Both the position numbers and the translations under genes were made by a program. The notes below the pieces were generated by a model. It was not told where the DNA came from, ran no database searches, and saw only the letters and a program-made list of their open reading frames with translations. From positions 237,214,001-237,278,000 of the forward strand of contig NC_086097.1 in the NCBI RefSeq assembly GCF_963921235.1: DNA of 64,000 nt, in the 5' to 3' direction. Below are positions 27,458-41,136 of this stretch, piece by piece; position 1 is the stretch's first letter; the number at the start of each line of letters is the position of its first letter. The DNA comes from Mobula hypostoma. Lineage: Eukaryota.

Positions 27458-29904
27458 ATAGAAACATAGAAACATAGAAAATAGGTGCAGGAGTAGGCCA
27501 TTCGGCCCTTCGAGCCTGCACCGCCATTTATTATGATCATGGCTGATCATCCAACTCAGAACCCCGCCCCAGCCTTCCCTCCATACCCCTGACCCCCGTA
27601 GCCACAAGGGCCATATCTAACTCCCTCTTAAATATAGCCAATGAACTGGCCTCAACTGTTTCCTGTGGCAGAGAATTCCACAGATTCACCACTCTCTGTG
27701 TGAAGAAGTTTTTCCTAATCTCGGTCCTAAAAGGCTTCCTCTTTATCCTCAAACTGTGACCCCTCGTTCTGGACTTCCCCAACATCGGGAACAATCTTCC
27801 TGCATCTAGCCTGACCAATCCCTTTATGATTTTATACGTTTCAATCAGATCCCCCCTCAATCTTCTAAATTCCAACGAGTACAAGCCCAGTTCATCCAGT
27901 CTTTCTTCATATGAAAGTCCTGCTATCCCAGGAATCAATCTGGTGAACCTTCTTTGTACTCCCTCTATGGCAAAGATGTCTTTCCTCAGATTAGGGGACC
28001 AAAACTGCACACAATACTCCAGGTGTGGTCTCACCAAGGCCTTGTACAACTGCAGTAGTACCTCCCTGCCCCTGTACTCGAATCCTCTCGCTATAAATGC
28101 CAGCATACCATTCGCCTTTTTCACCGCCTGCTGTACCTGCATGCCCACTTTCAATGATTGGTGTATAATGACACCCAGGTCTCGTTGCACCTCCCCTTTT
28201 CCTAATCGGCCACCATTCAGATAATAATCTGTTTTCCTATTTTTGCCACCAAAGTGGATAACTTCACATTTATCCACATTAAATTGCATCTGCCATGAAT
28301 TTGCCCACTCACCTAACCTATCCAAGTCACCCTGCATCCTCTTAGCATCCTCCTCACTGCTAACACTGCCACCCAGCTTCGTGTCATCCGCAAACTTGGA
28401 GATGCTGCATTTAATTCCCTCATCCAAGTCATTAATATATATTGTAAACAACTGGGGTCCCAGCACTGAGCCTTGCAGTACCCCACTAGTCACCGCCTGC
28501 CATTCTGAAAAGGTCCCGTTTATTCCCACTCTTTGCTTCCTGTCTGCTGACCAATTCTCCACCCACACCAACACCTTACCCCCAATACCATGTGCTTTAA
28601 GTTTGCACACTAATCTCCTGTGTGGGACCTTGTCAAAAGCCTTTTGAAAATCCAAATATACCACATCCACTGGTTCTCCCCTATCCACTCTACTAGTTAC
28701 ATCCTCAAAAAATTCTATGAGATTCGTCAGACATGATTTTCCTTTCACAAATCCATGCTGACTTTGTCCGATCATTTCACCGCTTTGCAAATGTGCTGTT
28801 ATCACATCCTTGATAACTGACTCCAGCAGTTTCCCCACCACCGACGTTAGGCTAACCGGTCTATAATTCCCTGGTTTCTCTCTCCCTCCTTTTTTAAAAA
28901 GTGGGGTTACATTAGCCACCCTCCAATCCTCAGGAACTAGCCCAGAATCTAACGAGTTTTGAAAAATTATCACTAATGCATCCACTATTTCTTGGGCTAC
29001 TTCCTTAAGCACTCTTGGATGCAGACCATCTGGCCCTGGGGATTTATCTGCCTTCAATCCCTTCAATTTACCTAACACCACTTCCCTACTAACATGTATT
29101 TCGCTCAGTTCCTCCATCTCACTGGACCCTCTGTCCCTTACTATTTCTGGAAGATTATTTATGTCCTCCTTAGTGAAGACAGAACCAAAGTAATTATTCA
29201 ATTGGTCTGCCATGTCCTTGCTCCCCATAATCAATTCACCTGTTTCTGTCTGCAGGGGACCTACATTTGTCTTTACCAGTCTTTTCCTTTTTACATATCT
29301 ATAAAAGCTTTTACAGTCCATTTTTATGTTCCCTGCCAGTGTTCTCTCATAATCTTTTTTCCCCTTCCTAATTAAGCCCTTTGTCCTCCTCTGCTGAACT
29401 CTGAATTTCTCCCAGTCCTCAGGTGAGCCACTTTCTCTGGCTAATTTGTATGCTTCTTCTTTGGAATTGATACTATCCCTAATTTCTCTTGTCAGCCACG
29501 GGTGCACTACCTTCCTTGATTTATTCTTTTGCCAAACTGGGATGAACAATTGTTGTAGTTCATCCATGTAACCTTTAAATGCTTGCCATTGCATATCCAC
29601 CGTCAATCCTTTAAGTGTCATTTGCCAGTCTATCTTAGCTAATTCACGTCTCATACCTTCAAAGTTACCCGTTTTAAGTTCAGAACCTTTGTTTCTGAAT
29701 TAACTATGTCACTCTCCATCTTAATGAAGAATTCCACCATATTATGGTCATTCTTACCCAAGGGGCCTCTCACGACAAGATCGCTAATTAACCCTTCCTC
29801 ATTGCTCAAAACCCAGTCCAGAATAGCCTGCTCTCTAGTCGGTTCCTCGACATGTTGGTTCAAAAAACCATCCCGCATACATTCCAAGAAATCCTCTTCC
29901 TCAG
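27458..29904 (-). mobile_element. Young CR1 LINE, near-identical to 7428-9873
   Basis: ORF 27537..29654 (705 aa) differs from ORF 7526..9781 at only about a dozen residues, plus 1-bp deletions near 27590 and 29670. Confidence 0.96.
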
Positions 29905-29964
29905 CACATTATCAATTATTCTTAGGAAGGAATGCAGTACAGATTCACCTTATGTTATCGAGGT

Positions 29965-30215
29965 TTTAATTTATTTATTGAGATACAGTGAAGAACAGGC
30001 CCTTATGGCTCTTCAAGCCGTGCCACCCAGCAAACCCCAATTTAATCCTAGCCTAATCACAGGACAACTTACAATGGTCAACCAACCTATCAACCGGCAT
30101 GTCTTTGGACTGTGAGAGGAAACCCACATGGTCACAGAGAAAACGGGCCAATTCCTTACAGGAAGGGGCGGGAATTGAACTGTTAAGCGTTGTGCTAACC
30201 ACTACGCTACCGTGC
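29965..30215 (-). mobile_element. V-SINE-like tRNA-derived SINE
   Basis: Minus strand reads GCACGGTAGCGTAGTGGTTAGCAC...GTTCAATTCC...GTGGGTTTCCTCTCACAGTCCAAAGAC...GGTTGACCATTGTAAGTTG. AAAT-type tail. Confidence 0.8.
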
Positions 30216-30261
30216 AGCCCCAACAATAAAATCACAACAGATTACGCTAACTCTGATCCGA

Positions 30262-30735
30262 AATCTCCGGAGGGGAAGGCCCCGAATCCTCGGCTTTGCC
30301 TGTTGCTTGGCGGCCGGGGCCAGGGTCAAAGCGCTCAGCAGGGATGGTGCTCGGTGCTCGGTGTCGGAGGGCTGGTCGGAAGCTGGAAGTTTTTGGACGG
30401 ACCCAGATTCGGACTGTGGTCGGGTGCTTCCAGGATGCTGCATCGGCAAGTTTGCGGCGCTGGAAGCTCATGGCAGGGAGAGTTTTCTCCCTTCTACCAT
30501 CTGCGTAAGATGTTGGGTCTATTGGGACTTTGAGACTTTTTTTGTTACCATGTCCATGGTCTGCTCTCATCAAATTATGGTATTGTTTTGCGCTGTTGTA
30601 ACTATATGTTATAATTATGTGTTTTTTCTCAGTTTAGTCTTGGTCTGTCTTGTGTTTCTGTGATATCATACTGGAGGAACATTATCATTTTTTAATGCAT
30701 GCATTTCTAAATGACAATAAAACGAGGACTGAGTG
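30262..30735 (+). repeat. Unclassified non-coding retroposon, copy 1
   Basis: Shares gaaggcccc.aaatcctcggctttgc...aaattatggtattg...gacaataaaa.gaggactgagtg with 43815-44425. Confidence 0.75.
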
Positions 30736-30959
30736 GATTTCAGGGATTGCATTGATAAAGTTTGTTGGAGGTTTTGAAAGGAATTAATAATGTAGGCAGA
30801 GTTAAACCTTTCCAGCCGGCAAGCGTGCCCAGAATGAAGGAACATAACCATATAGTCCAAGACAGGCTATCCAGAAGGAAGTATAGGAATCTTCCCTCTT
30901 GTAAAATATGGAATGTTATCCCATAGGAGAAAAAACAATAACTGCTGGTTATTGTTGGT

Positions 30960-31490
30960 TATAGCCAGGGGTTGTAATGGGGGACAAGCTCCTGCTGCCT
31001 TTTAAATGGCATTCACCCCAAGTAGCCTCTGACAACCATGTCCAGCTCCTGGCCTTCATGTGTGGCTTAGCTACTAAGCCCTGCAGAACTGTTTCCACTG
31101 ACAGAAGAAGGTGCAAAGACTTGTTCCTGGCACCTTACAACCAGGCACTCCAGGCAGATGGGTCTTGTCAGTCGTGGTGGGTAGCTCACCTAGGAGAAGG
31201 AAAACTCTGATCTCAAACCTCTACTGCCTTGTGGCTATACCCACTCATGGGAAAGCTTCGGGAGTAAACACTGAGGGAAAAATCCAGACCTGGCAGAACT
31301 TCATTGAGTTTAATGTTGACAGGCAACTCCTGCGACACTGCTGGTACCAAACTGCATCGGTCCCTGCCATTCCCTGGGTTCATCAGTGGCATTGAAAGGG
31401 GGAGTTTGCTACATGGGCAATAGCTTGCTCACCATATCATACTGCACAGAACAGTTATTAGGATGAAAGATCCATGGTTGACTCTGCCCT
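30960..31490 (+). mobile_element. Probable RTE-5'UTR-derived non-autonomous element
   Basis: Contains CTAGGAGAAGGAAAACTCTGATCTCAAACC, resembling a motif I recall from RTE-clade 5' UTRs. No TSD found. Confidence 0.4.
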
Positions 31491-31710
31491 CATTCACTCA
31501 CTCACTCAGTTAGATATGGTAACGTTAAATGTGGACCAACATTGATGACTTGTCAGATGCAGCCATGACCTCACTTACTGAAGAAAAAGGGACAGAATAT
31601 CCAAAACCTAGTTCAAACCTTAGAGTACAAAGTCCATTTTAACTTGACAATGCCTCAATGGTAGTGGTGGGTGGTATATTAGGGATGTTTAAGAGACTAC
31701 TAGATAGGCA

Positions 31711-32281
31711 GCCTGAGATGCATCCTGGATATCACGTGGACTGACCGAGTCACCAACAATGAGGTCCTGGCCTGCGCCCAGATACCCAGCCTCTTCACCC
31801 TGCTCCAACAACGCCGTCTCCGCCGGCTGGGCCACGTAAACCACATGTCAGATGGGAGGATCCCGAAAGACCTGCTGTACGGGGAGCTGGCCTCCGGCAA
31901 GAGGGCACAAGGGCAGCCCCATCTTCGTTTCAAAGATGTTTGCAAGAGAGACATGAAGTCACTGAAAACGAACGTCGAGAGGTGGGCGGACATCGCAAGC
32001 AATTGCTCTCACTGGGGGCTGGAACTACGCAGAGGTCTAAAAAGAGGAGAAGAGAAGCTGAGGCTTGCTGCTGAAGAAAAGCGCACTCGTCAGAAAAGCA
32101 GCACCAAGACAACACTGGAGGACAGCGCCTTCAAGTGCAGTCGATGCAGCCGAGACTGTCACTCCCGTGTGGGCCTCCACAGCCACAACAGACGCTGCTC
32201 TAACACAGACTGAAGCAGGACAATCCAGGCACAGATCCATGGTCTCGCGAGACTAACGGATGACATCGCCACCACCTCCAT
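31711..32281 (+). mobile_element. 5'-truncated RTE-clade LINE inserted in a CR1 tail
   Basis: ORF 31845..32213 reads MSDGRIPKDLLYGEL...RFKD...C..C...CHSRVGLHSHNRRC (RTE C-terminus). 10-bp TSD TAGATAGGCA (31701-31710 and 32282-32291). Confidence 0.9.
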
Positions 32282-32459
32282 TAGATAGGCACATGGATGT
32301 AAGAAAAATGGAAGTTTATGAGCTGTGTAGGAGTGAAGAATTAATGGTGGAGTCGGGTTATATAGATTAGCACATCTTGGGCCAAAGGCCTGTTATTGAC
32401 CTGTATTATTCCATGCTCAATGTTTTAAATTGTAGGTAACTCATCCTAGTGCTCTGTGT

Positions 32460-33040
32460 AATGCTGAGTCTTTATAAAGCACTGGTGAGGCCTCACGTGG
32501 AGTACTATAAGCAGCGTGGGCTCCTTATCGAAGAAAGGATACGCTGACGTTGGAGAGGGTACAAGGAGGTTCACAGAAATGATTCCGGGATTAAAAGACT
32601 TATCATATGAGGAGTGTTTGATGGCTCTGGGCCTCTACTCACTGGAATTCAGAAGAATGAGGGGCGACCTCATTGAAACCGATCGAATGGTGAACAGCCT
32701 CGATAGAGTGGATGTGGAGTGGATGCCCCCTAAGACCAGAGGACACAGACTCAGAATAGAGGGGCATCCTTTTAGAATGGAGTTGAGGATGAATTTCTTT
32801 AGCTGAAGAGTGTCAATCAGTGGAATTTGTTGCTACAGGTGACTGTGGAGGCCAAGTCTTTATCTGTATTTAAGGCAGAGGTTGATAGATTCTTGATTAG
32901 TCAGGGCAGACAGGTGTACAGGGAGAATTCAGGAGATTGGGGCTGAGAAGGCAATAGATCAGCCATGATGAAATGGTGGAGCAGAATCAATGGGCTAAAT
33001 GGTCTAATTCTGCTCCTATATCTTATGGTGTTATGGTCTA
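32460..33040 (+). mobile_element. Degenerate CR1 3' fragment
   Basis: ORF 32516..32806 contains LGLYSLEFRRMRGDLIET...TRGHRLRI. Confidence 0.85.
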
Positions 33041-33530
33041 TGGTGTATCATGTGATTGCATACATATGTGCAATATGACAAAAATATCATTCTGTGTTAA
33101 ATAAAAAATTACAGGTTTAATAATCAGTTCTGATGAAAAGTCTTGGCCCAAAACAATGACTGCTTATTTATGTCCATAGATGCTGCCTTGACTTCCATCA
33201 TTTTGTGTGTTTTGATCTGGATTTTCAGTATCTGCAGAACCTCTTGTGTTAAGGATAAATAAAGTTGCCTCTAACTTTGCAAATTTATAAAAGCTTTCAA
33301 TTTTTTTGAAGATGGAACTTCTCATATTGATGACATTGAACAAAATGCCGATGTGAAAGACTTGTGTTCTGGTCAAAAAATAATGAGCGTATGCAGTCTT
33401 GTACTTAGTGGGTAGAGGGGGCACAGTGAATGACAGAGAGATGGGAGATAAAGTATATGGGTCAAATTCTTGCCTTTAATAATAGATAAGGCATTTATTG
33501 GAACCAATAAAGTTATGAAGTAAAGTTATG

Positions 33531-33650
33531 AGCAACACACATCAAAGTTGCTGGTGAACGCAGCAGGCCAGGCAGCATCTCTAGGAAGAGGTACAGTCGA
33601 CGTTTCAGGCCGAGACCCTTCGTCAGGACTAACTGAAGGAAGAGTTAGTA
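33531..33650 (-). mobile_element. PLE pLTR fragment carrying a hammerhead motif (33595-33630)
   Basis: Reverse complement of 24665-24783. Minus strand reads AGTCCTGACGAAGGGTCTCGGCCTGAAACGTCGACT. Confidence 0.85.
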
Positions 33651-33744
33651 AACTCACTTCTTCAGTTTCAAAGAACTTTAAAACTAATGGAGTGTTCCTT
33701 AAACTGCATTTTAACAAAAAAAACTCTAATGTCCATATTTAAGG

Positions 33745-34260
33745 CATTGCAACACACACAAAATGCTGGAGGAACTCAGCAATTCAGACAGCATCTATAG
33801 AAATGACTCAAAGTTAATGCTTTGGGCACTCCTTCACTTCTTTTCAGTACTGAAAAGGAAGGGGAAAGACTCCAGAATAAAAAGGTAGGGGGGAGGGACA
33901 GGAGGGTAGTTAAAAATCTGATAGGTGATAAAGGTAAAGGGCTGGAGAGGAAGGAATCTGATAGGAGAGGAGAATGGACCGTAGGAAAAAGAGAAGGAGG
34001 AGAGGACCAGGGGGAGGTGATAGGCAGGTGAGAAGAGGTAAGGGGCCAGAATGGAAAATAGAAGAGGAGAGAGGGAGAAATCAATATTCATGTGAATAGT
34101 TTGGAAGCTACCCAGATGGAATAAAAGTTGTTGCTCCTCCACCCTCATCATGGTGCATAAGGGATCTGTGGACCAACAGGTCGGAACAGGAATGGGAATC
34201 GAAATTAAAATGTTTGGGCACTGAGAATTTCTGCTTTTGGCAGCTGGACTGGAGTGTTGT
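33745..34260 (-). mobile_element. Degenerate PLE 3' region (family 1)
   Basis: ORF 33834..34151 begins RVEEQQLLFHLGSFQTIHMNIDFS, followed by a CT-rich tail. Confidence 0.75.
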
Positions 34261-34667
34261 TGGTCCTATTTCACCATTTTTATCTTGCTTTCTGATTTCT
34301 GTTACCATGCCAACTGTGTAACAGGACATGCTACATGTTTAGAAATTTTCAAATATTCATGCATGATCAGATTTCTTGTCCTACACTGGAAAAAGGAATA
34401 GAATTTGTATCAAACCACCAGCAATGCATTAGTGCTAAATTTTGAAATGAATTTTAAGAAAACACTGTATTCTCATTACTTTAAATGAAAAAAAAACTGT
34501 GTACTAATCTTGAAAATGGAAGAGAAAATGACAAAAGAGAAGAAACAAAGATGAGATGAAGTAAGAGTCATTCCTGAGGAAAGCCTGAGAGAACTGTATA
34601 CTTTAATGGGAACTGTTTTTTTAAAATTCATTTGGCAGTCTCTCTCACCTGACTATTCTTCCGAATA

Positions 34668-35922
34668 CAGGTTGAGTATCCCTGATCCGAAATGCTTGGG
34701 GTTTTGGATTTTAGATTTTTTTCAGATTTTGGAATATGTAATGAGATAGCTTGGGATCACCATCATTTTCTGTTACTGATTATTGATATCCTGTATGTTC
34801 TTGCTATTTTGTGTGTGCGGGGACTAGGTCTCAAGCTGAAGTGTTGCCTGTTTACATCTACCCAGGAGAGAGACAGAGGCACCGGTGGTGGTGAGGCACG
34901 GCATCTAGACTGGAGTTGATGCTGCTCCCTCCCAGTGTTCACTCAGCAGAAGACAAGCTGTCTTGTGGTTGACTGCGAATTTCTGCGATTTGAGTGTGGA
35001 CTTTTTTTACTGTGTGGCTGTTTCTTACTGGTACCTTTATGTGCTTGCTATTTTGTACGTGCTCTGCGTGCTTTGTGCTGTGTGTGACTGTTGGTCCTGT
35101 GTTGTGCACCTTGGCCCTGGAGTAACGCTGTTTGTTTAGGCTGTATTCATGTATGGTTGAATGACAATTAAACTTGAATTGAATTGAATTTCCAACTTTG
35201 AATTTATATGCTTCAGGTAAGCAGTTTTTGTCATATACTTGCTTATCACACGTCTGTACTTAAGTGAAAATGGTTACATATCATGAAAATATGTTGTGCG
35301 CAGGGTAACAGAAGCAGTATAACAGCATCGGGAGAATACCTGAATCAGCTGTTGTACAACAACAGACAAAGGCAGGCTTTCAGTCTCAACCTACGATGCT
35401 ATGTTTTGATTAAAAGATTATAATACACTGTATTTGTACGTTACTTTATTTATGTTTTACGTAAGGTATAAAAACAATCAGCATCACAGACTTATACTTC
35501 AGCTAGTTTTTCATCATTAGCAGATACTTTAAAAAATGTAATACCCTGCCTTTTCTTAAATCTCCGCATCCAGCCTGCTGAATATTCACAATTACCTTCA
35601 ATTTTCAGTTTGTCGTGATGGATCTTTGCTTGTTTCATGACCAGCATACAGCTAAGTATCATATGTTCAGTCCAACGTTGATGATACACGACAGAGATCT
35701 TTATTTTTTGCTTTATGTAATGTATTCCTATTTTTCATTAACTCCTGTCTATTACTTTGGTGAGGTCACTTCTCAGAACTGTCTGTTGTGCGCAGAGACC
35801 AGCGCATCACCAGGGAGGCTTCCTAGCATCTTGTAAGATTTTCCATTTGTGACGTCAACACTCAAAAGAAAATCTGGATTTTAGGGACTTTCAGATTTTG
35901 GAATTTCAGATAAGGTACTCTA
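34668..35922 (-). mobile_element. Tigger/pogo DNA transposon remnant (Tigger4/MER46-like), interrupted by a retroposon (~34775-35190)
   Basis: Left terminus TA|CAGGTTGAGTATCCCTGATCCGAAATGCTTGGG. Degenerate right terminus TTTCAGATAAGGTACTC. ORF 35492..35689 (MKQAKIHHDKLKIEGNCEYSAGWMRRFKKRQGI) is a CENP-B-type HTH. Confidence 0.82.
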
Positions 35923-35930
35923 CAGGTATA

Positions 35931-36489
35931 CCCTCGGTGGACATTTTATGAGGTACCTCCAATATCTAATAAAGTGTCCACTAAATGTATGTTCAAGTTC
36001 TTCTGTTGCTGTAGCCCATTCACTTCAAGGTTTAACATGTTGTGCATTCAGAGATGCTCTTCTACACATCACTACCGTAACATGTGGTTATTCAAATTAC
36101 TGTCACCTTCCAATCAGCTTGAACCTGTCTGGCCATTCTCATTAAGAAGATGTTTTTGTCTACAGAATTGCTGCTCACTGGATGCTTTTTTAAAATTTTT
36201 TTGCACCATTCCCTGTAACCTCTAGAGACAGCTGTATGTGAAAATCCCAGGAGATCAGCAGTTTCTAAGACACTCAGATCACCCCATCTGGCACTAACAA
36301 TCATTCCATGGTCAAGGTCACTTAGTCACACTTTTTCCTCATTCTGGTGTTTGTTCTGAACAACAGCTGAATCTTTTGACCACGTCTGCATGCTTTTACG
36401 CACTGAGTTACTGCCACATGATTGGCTGATTGGGTATTTGCATTAACGAGCAGGTGTACAGGTGTACCTAACAAAGTGGCCACTGAGTG
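35931..36489. mobile_element. Non-autonomous Tc1-like element
   Basis: TIRs CCCTCGGTGGACATTTTATGAGGTAC...GTACCTAACAAAGTGGCCACTGAGTG. Related fragments at ~2090-2150 and ~50750-51065. Confidence 0.75.
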
Positions 36490-38364
36490 TTGATTGAAGC
36501 ACCAAACTAATCGTTTCATTCGGCAACATACAGTTTATTTCATCATTAATATGCAGTTTATGTGATAACATTGTCTGCCTGTCACAGAATGAAAAAGCGT
36601 TTATTTGATCAAAGATTGTCTTGTTCAATCGCATGCAAAGTAAACTCTTATTGCATTAAGCCAACTTATGCATATTATGGATAATGCTTTCAACATGTTG
36701 CATTGCATTAATCAGTTCCCAGATTATACAGACTGATAAATTGATGTTTCTTATTTGCTTGCTTAAGGATGACAAACACCTACCTGCACAGTTTGCTATG
36801 GTAGCTGACTAAATCTGCACTTGCTGGAAAAGGTAAGAAACTGAGGTTACTGTGTAAAGGAGAGTTGGCTGTGCATCTGCTACTTATTCATGGTAAGCTG
36901 CCATTAGAAAGATCGGATCGGATTATCACCTAATTTTGGCTCCGGCTCGGGTCCTGGAGAATAGAAATAACCCAGAGTGGAGATCTCCAAAATATCAGAA
37001 GCAGATTATGAACTGTTCAGAGTTAAAGAGGAGCAGTATTCTGTTAGGGCCGCAAAAATAAATTTCTCAAGAAATTCTCAGAACTAATGGCTTCTTTAAG
37101 GACCGGTAGGTTCAGGAACAGTTATTACCTTTCCGCCATCAGCTCCTGAACCAGTGTGGATATCTTCACTCACTTCAACCCTGGACTGATTCTAGAACCT
37201 GTGGACTCACTTTCAAGGACACATGTTCTCAGTATTATTTATTTACTTAAATTATAAGGTTTTCGTATTTGCACAGGATTCTCTTCTTTTATGTATTGGT
37301 TGATGTAAGCCTTGGTTTTTGTGTAGTTTTTCATTGATTCTGTTTTATTTTGTTGTTCTACTCTGAACGAGAATGGTGACATATACTGTACTTTGATAAT
37401 AAATTTACTTTTAACTTTTCTGGTTAAACTGATCAAAATCCAGTGCAACTCAGTGGAACAACTTCACCCCCTTGTGCCATTTAGCGTAGAGCCAGGGTTC
37501 CATGGACTCCTCGGTTAATGGTAGGGGTCCATGGCATAAAAAAGATTGGGAAGCCCTGGCCTAGACAGAGCCTACGGTCAGCATAAGACATGTTTTCCAC
37601 ACCTATGGAGACTAATGAATGAGATTTTTTAAAGGCACGTGCACCTCTAGTTTAAATTGGACACCACAAGTTTTGATACAGAATTCAGAGAATGAATATC
37701 TACTTGAAAGACAAAACTTCGAGCTGCAACTGAAATTTCTCCACCCCAAACTCCAGTAATAAATTCTGTTCATGTATAGTTGACATGGCCTGGATTGAAT
37801 TATCCTCCTCCGCATATAACATACTGATACATGGCAGAAAACTCAATTTTGAGCATGAAAGAGTCTGCATGAAGGACAGGGAGTATAATAGAATTGGAGA
37901 GGTTCCTTGAGTGATAAAGAATTAGATCATCTCAGTGTTGAGAGAGGGTATGAAAAGAGCACGATAAAGGTAAGCAGCAAAAAGAGAGATTCCAGATACA
38001 ACTACTAAATAGGAAAGGAAAGTGACCAAGACATAGGAGCAGAATCAGGCCATTCGGCCCATTGACTCTACACTACCATTTCATCATGGCGATTTATTAT
38101 CCCTCTCGACCCCAATCTTCTGCTTTCTCCCTATAACCTTTGATACTCTAACTAATCAAGAAGCGATCGACATCCACTTAATTGCCCTTCACAGCCATTC
38201 ATGGCAATGAATTCCACTGATTCAGCACCATCTGGTTAAAGATGTTCTTTCTCATCACAATTCTAAAGGGACATACTTCTATTCCGAGGCTGTGCCCTCT
38301 TGGTCCTAGATTCCCCCACTCTTTGAAACGTGCTCCTCATGAACATACTGTCTCAGCCTTTCAC

Positions 38365-38930
38365 TGGTTGGGTTGAGTTGTTCTCTGATTTTCATACTTT
38401 ACTTGCAAACGTTTCATCACCATGCGAGGAGACTCCGTCAGTGTCCTGTTGAGTGTGGTGTCTCCTCTGAATGTTTGGCCTTATATATTTTTCAATCAGT
38501 TAATTCAATGTCATTTTGGAAACTCAGTTGTGATATGGAGAGGAAATTTTGTTGCTGATTGGCTGCGTGGCGAACTTCATTGTAGTCCGGAATTTTGCCC
38601 ACATTGGCTCATAAATAGGATGTTTATGGTTACAGAATTGTTCGCAGAAAACCACGCTTCTAGGAATTCTCTTCTCTGACGTCTGTTTGCTTGCTCCATG
38701 ACTCTCATTTACGATCATTCGAATTTGTGCCCCTCTCAATCTTCATGGGTAGAGACTCGGGAGAGTTGGTCATGGCACTTTACAGCCAGATGATATTTAT
38801 AGTTTCTTGTAGGTAGTTTTCTCCCGCTTTGGCTGACAGAATATTTGCTGCAGTTCCTGTATTGGATTTTGTAGACCACATTGGTCTTGTCTAATAGCTT
38901 GGTTCATTCCTTTAGTCTGCAAAGCCCTCT
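38365..38930 (-). mobile_element. Degenerate PLE, family 2 (GIY-YIG end plus pLTR)
   Basis: Manual translation gives DKTNVVYKIQYRNCSKYSVSQSGRKL...REFLEAWFS, with stops. Homologous to 41715-42485. Confidence 0.75.
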
Positions 38931-41136
38931 CCTCAATGTTGCTGCTTATCTTGTGTACAAATGAAAGTCTATGTTCTTGCAGAAGTGGGGCCGTCAGTTC
39001 CAAGATATTTATTATATCAATAAGTATTTCTATGTTCGGAAGGTTTCAATGAGACACACCCCACTAAATGTAGTATCAGATAGAGATATAAAGGTTTTAG
39101 AAATGGTTTAGATTGATTTCCATGTATTAGGAGAGTGCTCATGGTGAACTGTGTGTGTTTATTCATGAATGAATCTACAGTAAAGTAGTGAATAACGTTC
39201 AAATAGGAATTTAATGTTGCTTATTCCTCTTAAGAGGTAACGGCCCTACTTGTCAAAGGGAACAACAAATAAATTTAATAAAATGGCAAGTAAAATACAA
39301 AAAAGCAAAAAGAAATTGCGGATCCTCACCAGATGAGAAACAAATTACATCCTAAGTTCAACAAAACAGACAGAAGATAAATGAGGAAACTAAGTTAATA
39401 CTAAAAATAGTACTGTGTTTAGAAAGATCAGAATCAGGTTTATTATCACCGGCATGTGTCGTGAAATTTGATTCAAGCTTTCAAAACAGAAAGGATTCAG
39501 AGTTTATGGAGAGAGAGTACCTCCGAGCTTTCGAGCCCATGGCCAGACAATGCAGTTGAAAAAATTAGACCTAGGCCTATCAGAAGTGAAGTTAAAAAAC
39601 CCTTCCACAAAATAGAAAATTGGTACCGACTTTTATAAACAGTAATTTTATTGGAACAATCGTTAACTTGAGATATATGGATTTGTGATAATCAAAAATT
39701 TTAAGAGATGTTGGAAAAAGGTAGTTATTGCATGGATGAGCATCATTCAATACAGTTTGAAAAATATCAACTTTATTTTTTTCCAATGCTGCATCTGAAC
39801 CAACAGCATAAACAATACTTTTTAAAGTGTTCTACGAATTCTAAGTTATCCAAATTCAAAGTTCAAGGTACATTTATTATCAAAGTATGTATAAATTATA
39901 CAACCTTGAGATTGTCTCCTTACTGGCAGCCTCAAAACAAGAAACCTGAAAGAACCCATTAAAGAAGACTAACAATCACCCATTGCAGAGAGGGAGAAAA
40001 TAAAACATGAATCGTGTAAGCAATAAAAGCAAGCAACAGCATTCAAAACTACACTGTCTCTAAACTAAACTAAACACAAAGCCTGGAGCAGGCCCAAAGC
40101 CTCAGCCTCAGTTCGACACACAGAGGAGTAAAACGGAGCTCGCAGGCACAGAGCCCACAGCAGCAGGAGCAGGCCTCGGCCTCAGTGCAGTGCAGAGCAG
40201 AGTAAACGTTGCGAAGTAGCGAGCAGAGCTGGCTCGACCCTTGCCTCCAGTCCCGACACTCGGCCTTTTCAATCCCTCTTTCCCGGTGTCTAAGTTGTCC
40301 AAGCTCCAGGTTGGCCCCCACACTAGGACCTGGGCCCTGTCACATTGACGTGCTCTGGGCCTGGAGCCCACCGCCCATAACCAAACTTTCCAAAGCAGCC
40401 CGGCACTTAGATCGATCGAACCTCGCTCTCGGTTTAGGTGGACGGGCTCTGAAATGCCTGTCTCCACATCGCATACCCCGACTCTGTCTCCAACATGACT
40501 TAGCCTCACTCTGACCACTTCTCGACTTCTATAATATATTGCCTCGACTCGTCAGCAGGCTATTGATGTTCTATTTAATACCCTTATTTGCGTAGCAAGT
40601 GAAATGTGGACTTGAGATACATTAAACTGAAAACACATTTTCCTTACTGGTCCCTCCTTCTCAGCTTTGTTCTACCTGATGATGTGCTTTGTAACCCAGA
40701 AGCAGTAATGCCCATGCATTGGTATGAAATCAAAGTTTAAAAAAAATTAATCTTTCTTAACCATTTTTCCATCTGAGGTTTCAACACATTGTGAATTGAT
40801 ATTTAACAACTTCTATTGGTTTTTACTGAACTGGCCTATGAAATATGAAACTATATTAACATTATGGCGCAAATGAAGAAATGCAAATATAAGCAACATC
40901 ATAAAAGTATGAAGGTATTTAAACAGTTACAGATTGTATATAAAACAGTCGTCATTTTGGCTATTGTTCGAACTTTTAGGACTTGTACCTGTATTCATCA
41001 GGTACCCTCAGGGACTAATCAATATGCCTGGACTTAAGTGCAATCATGACGAACATCCACAACCTAAAAGAAAATATATACCATCGATAACAAAATACAA
41101 TGGAAACCTCAGGTAATTTACATAAAATTCACTTAC

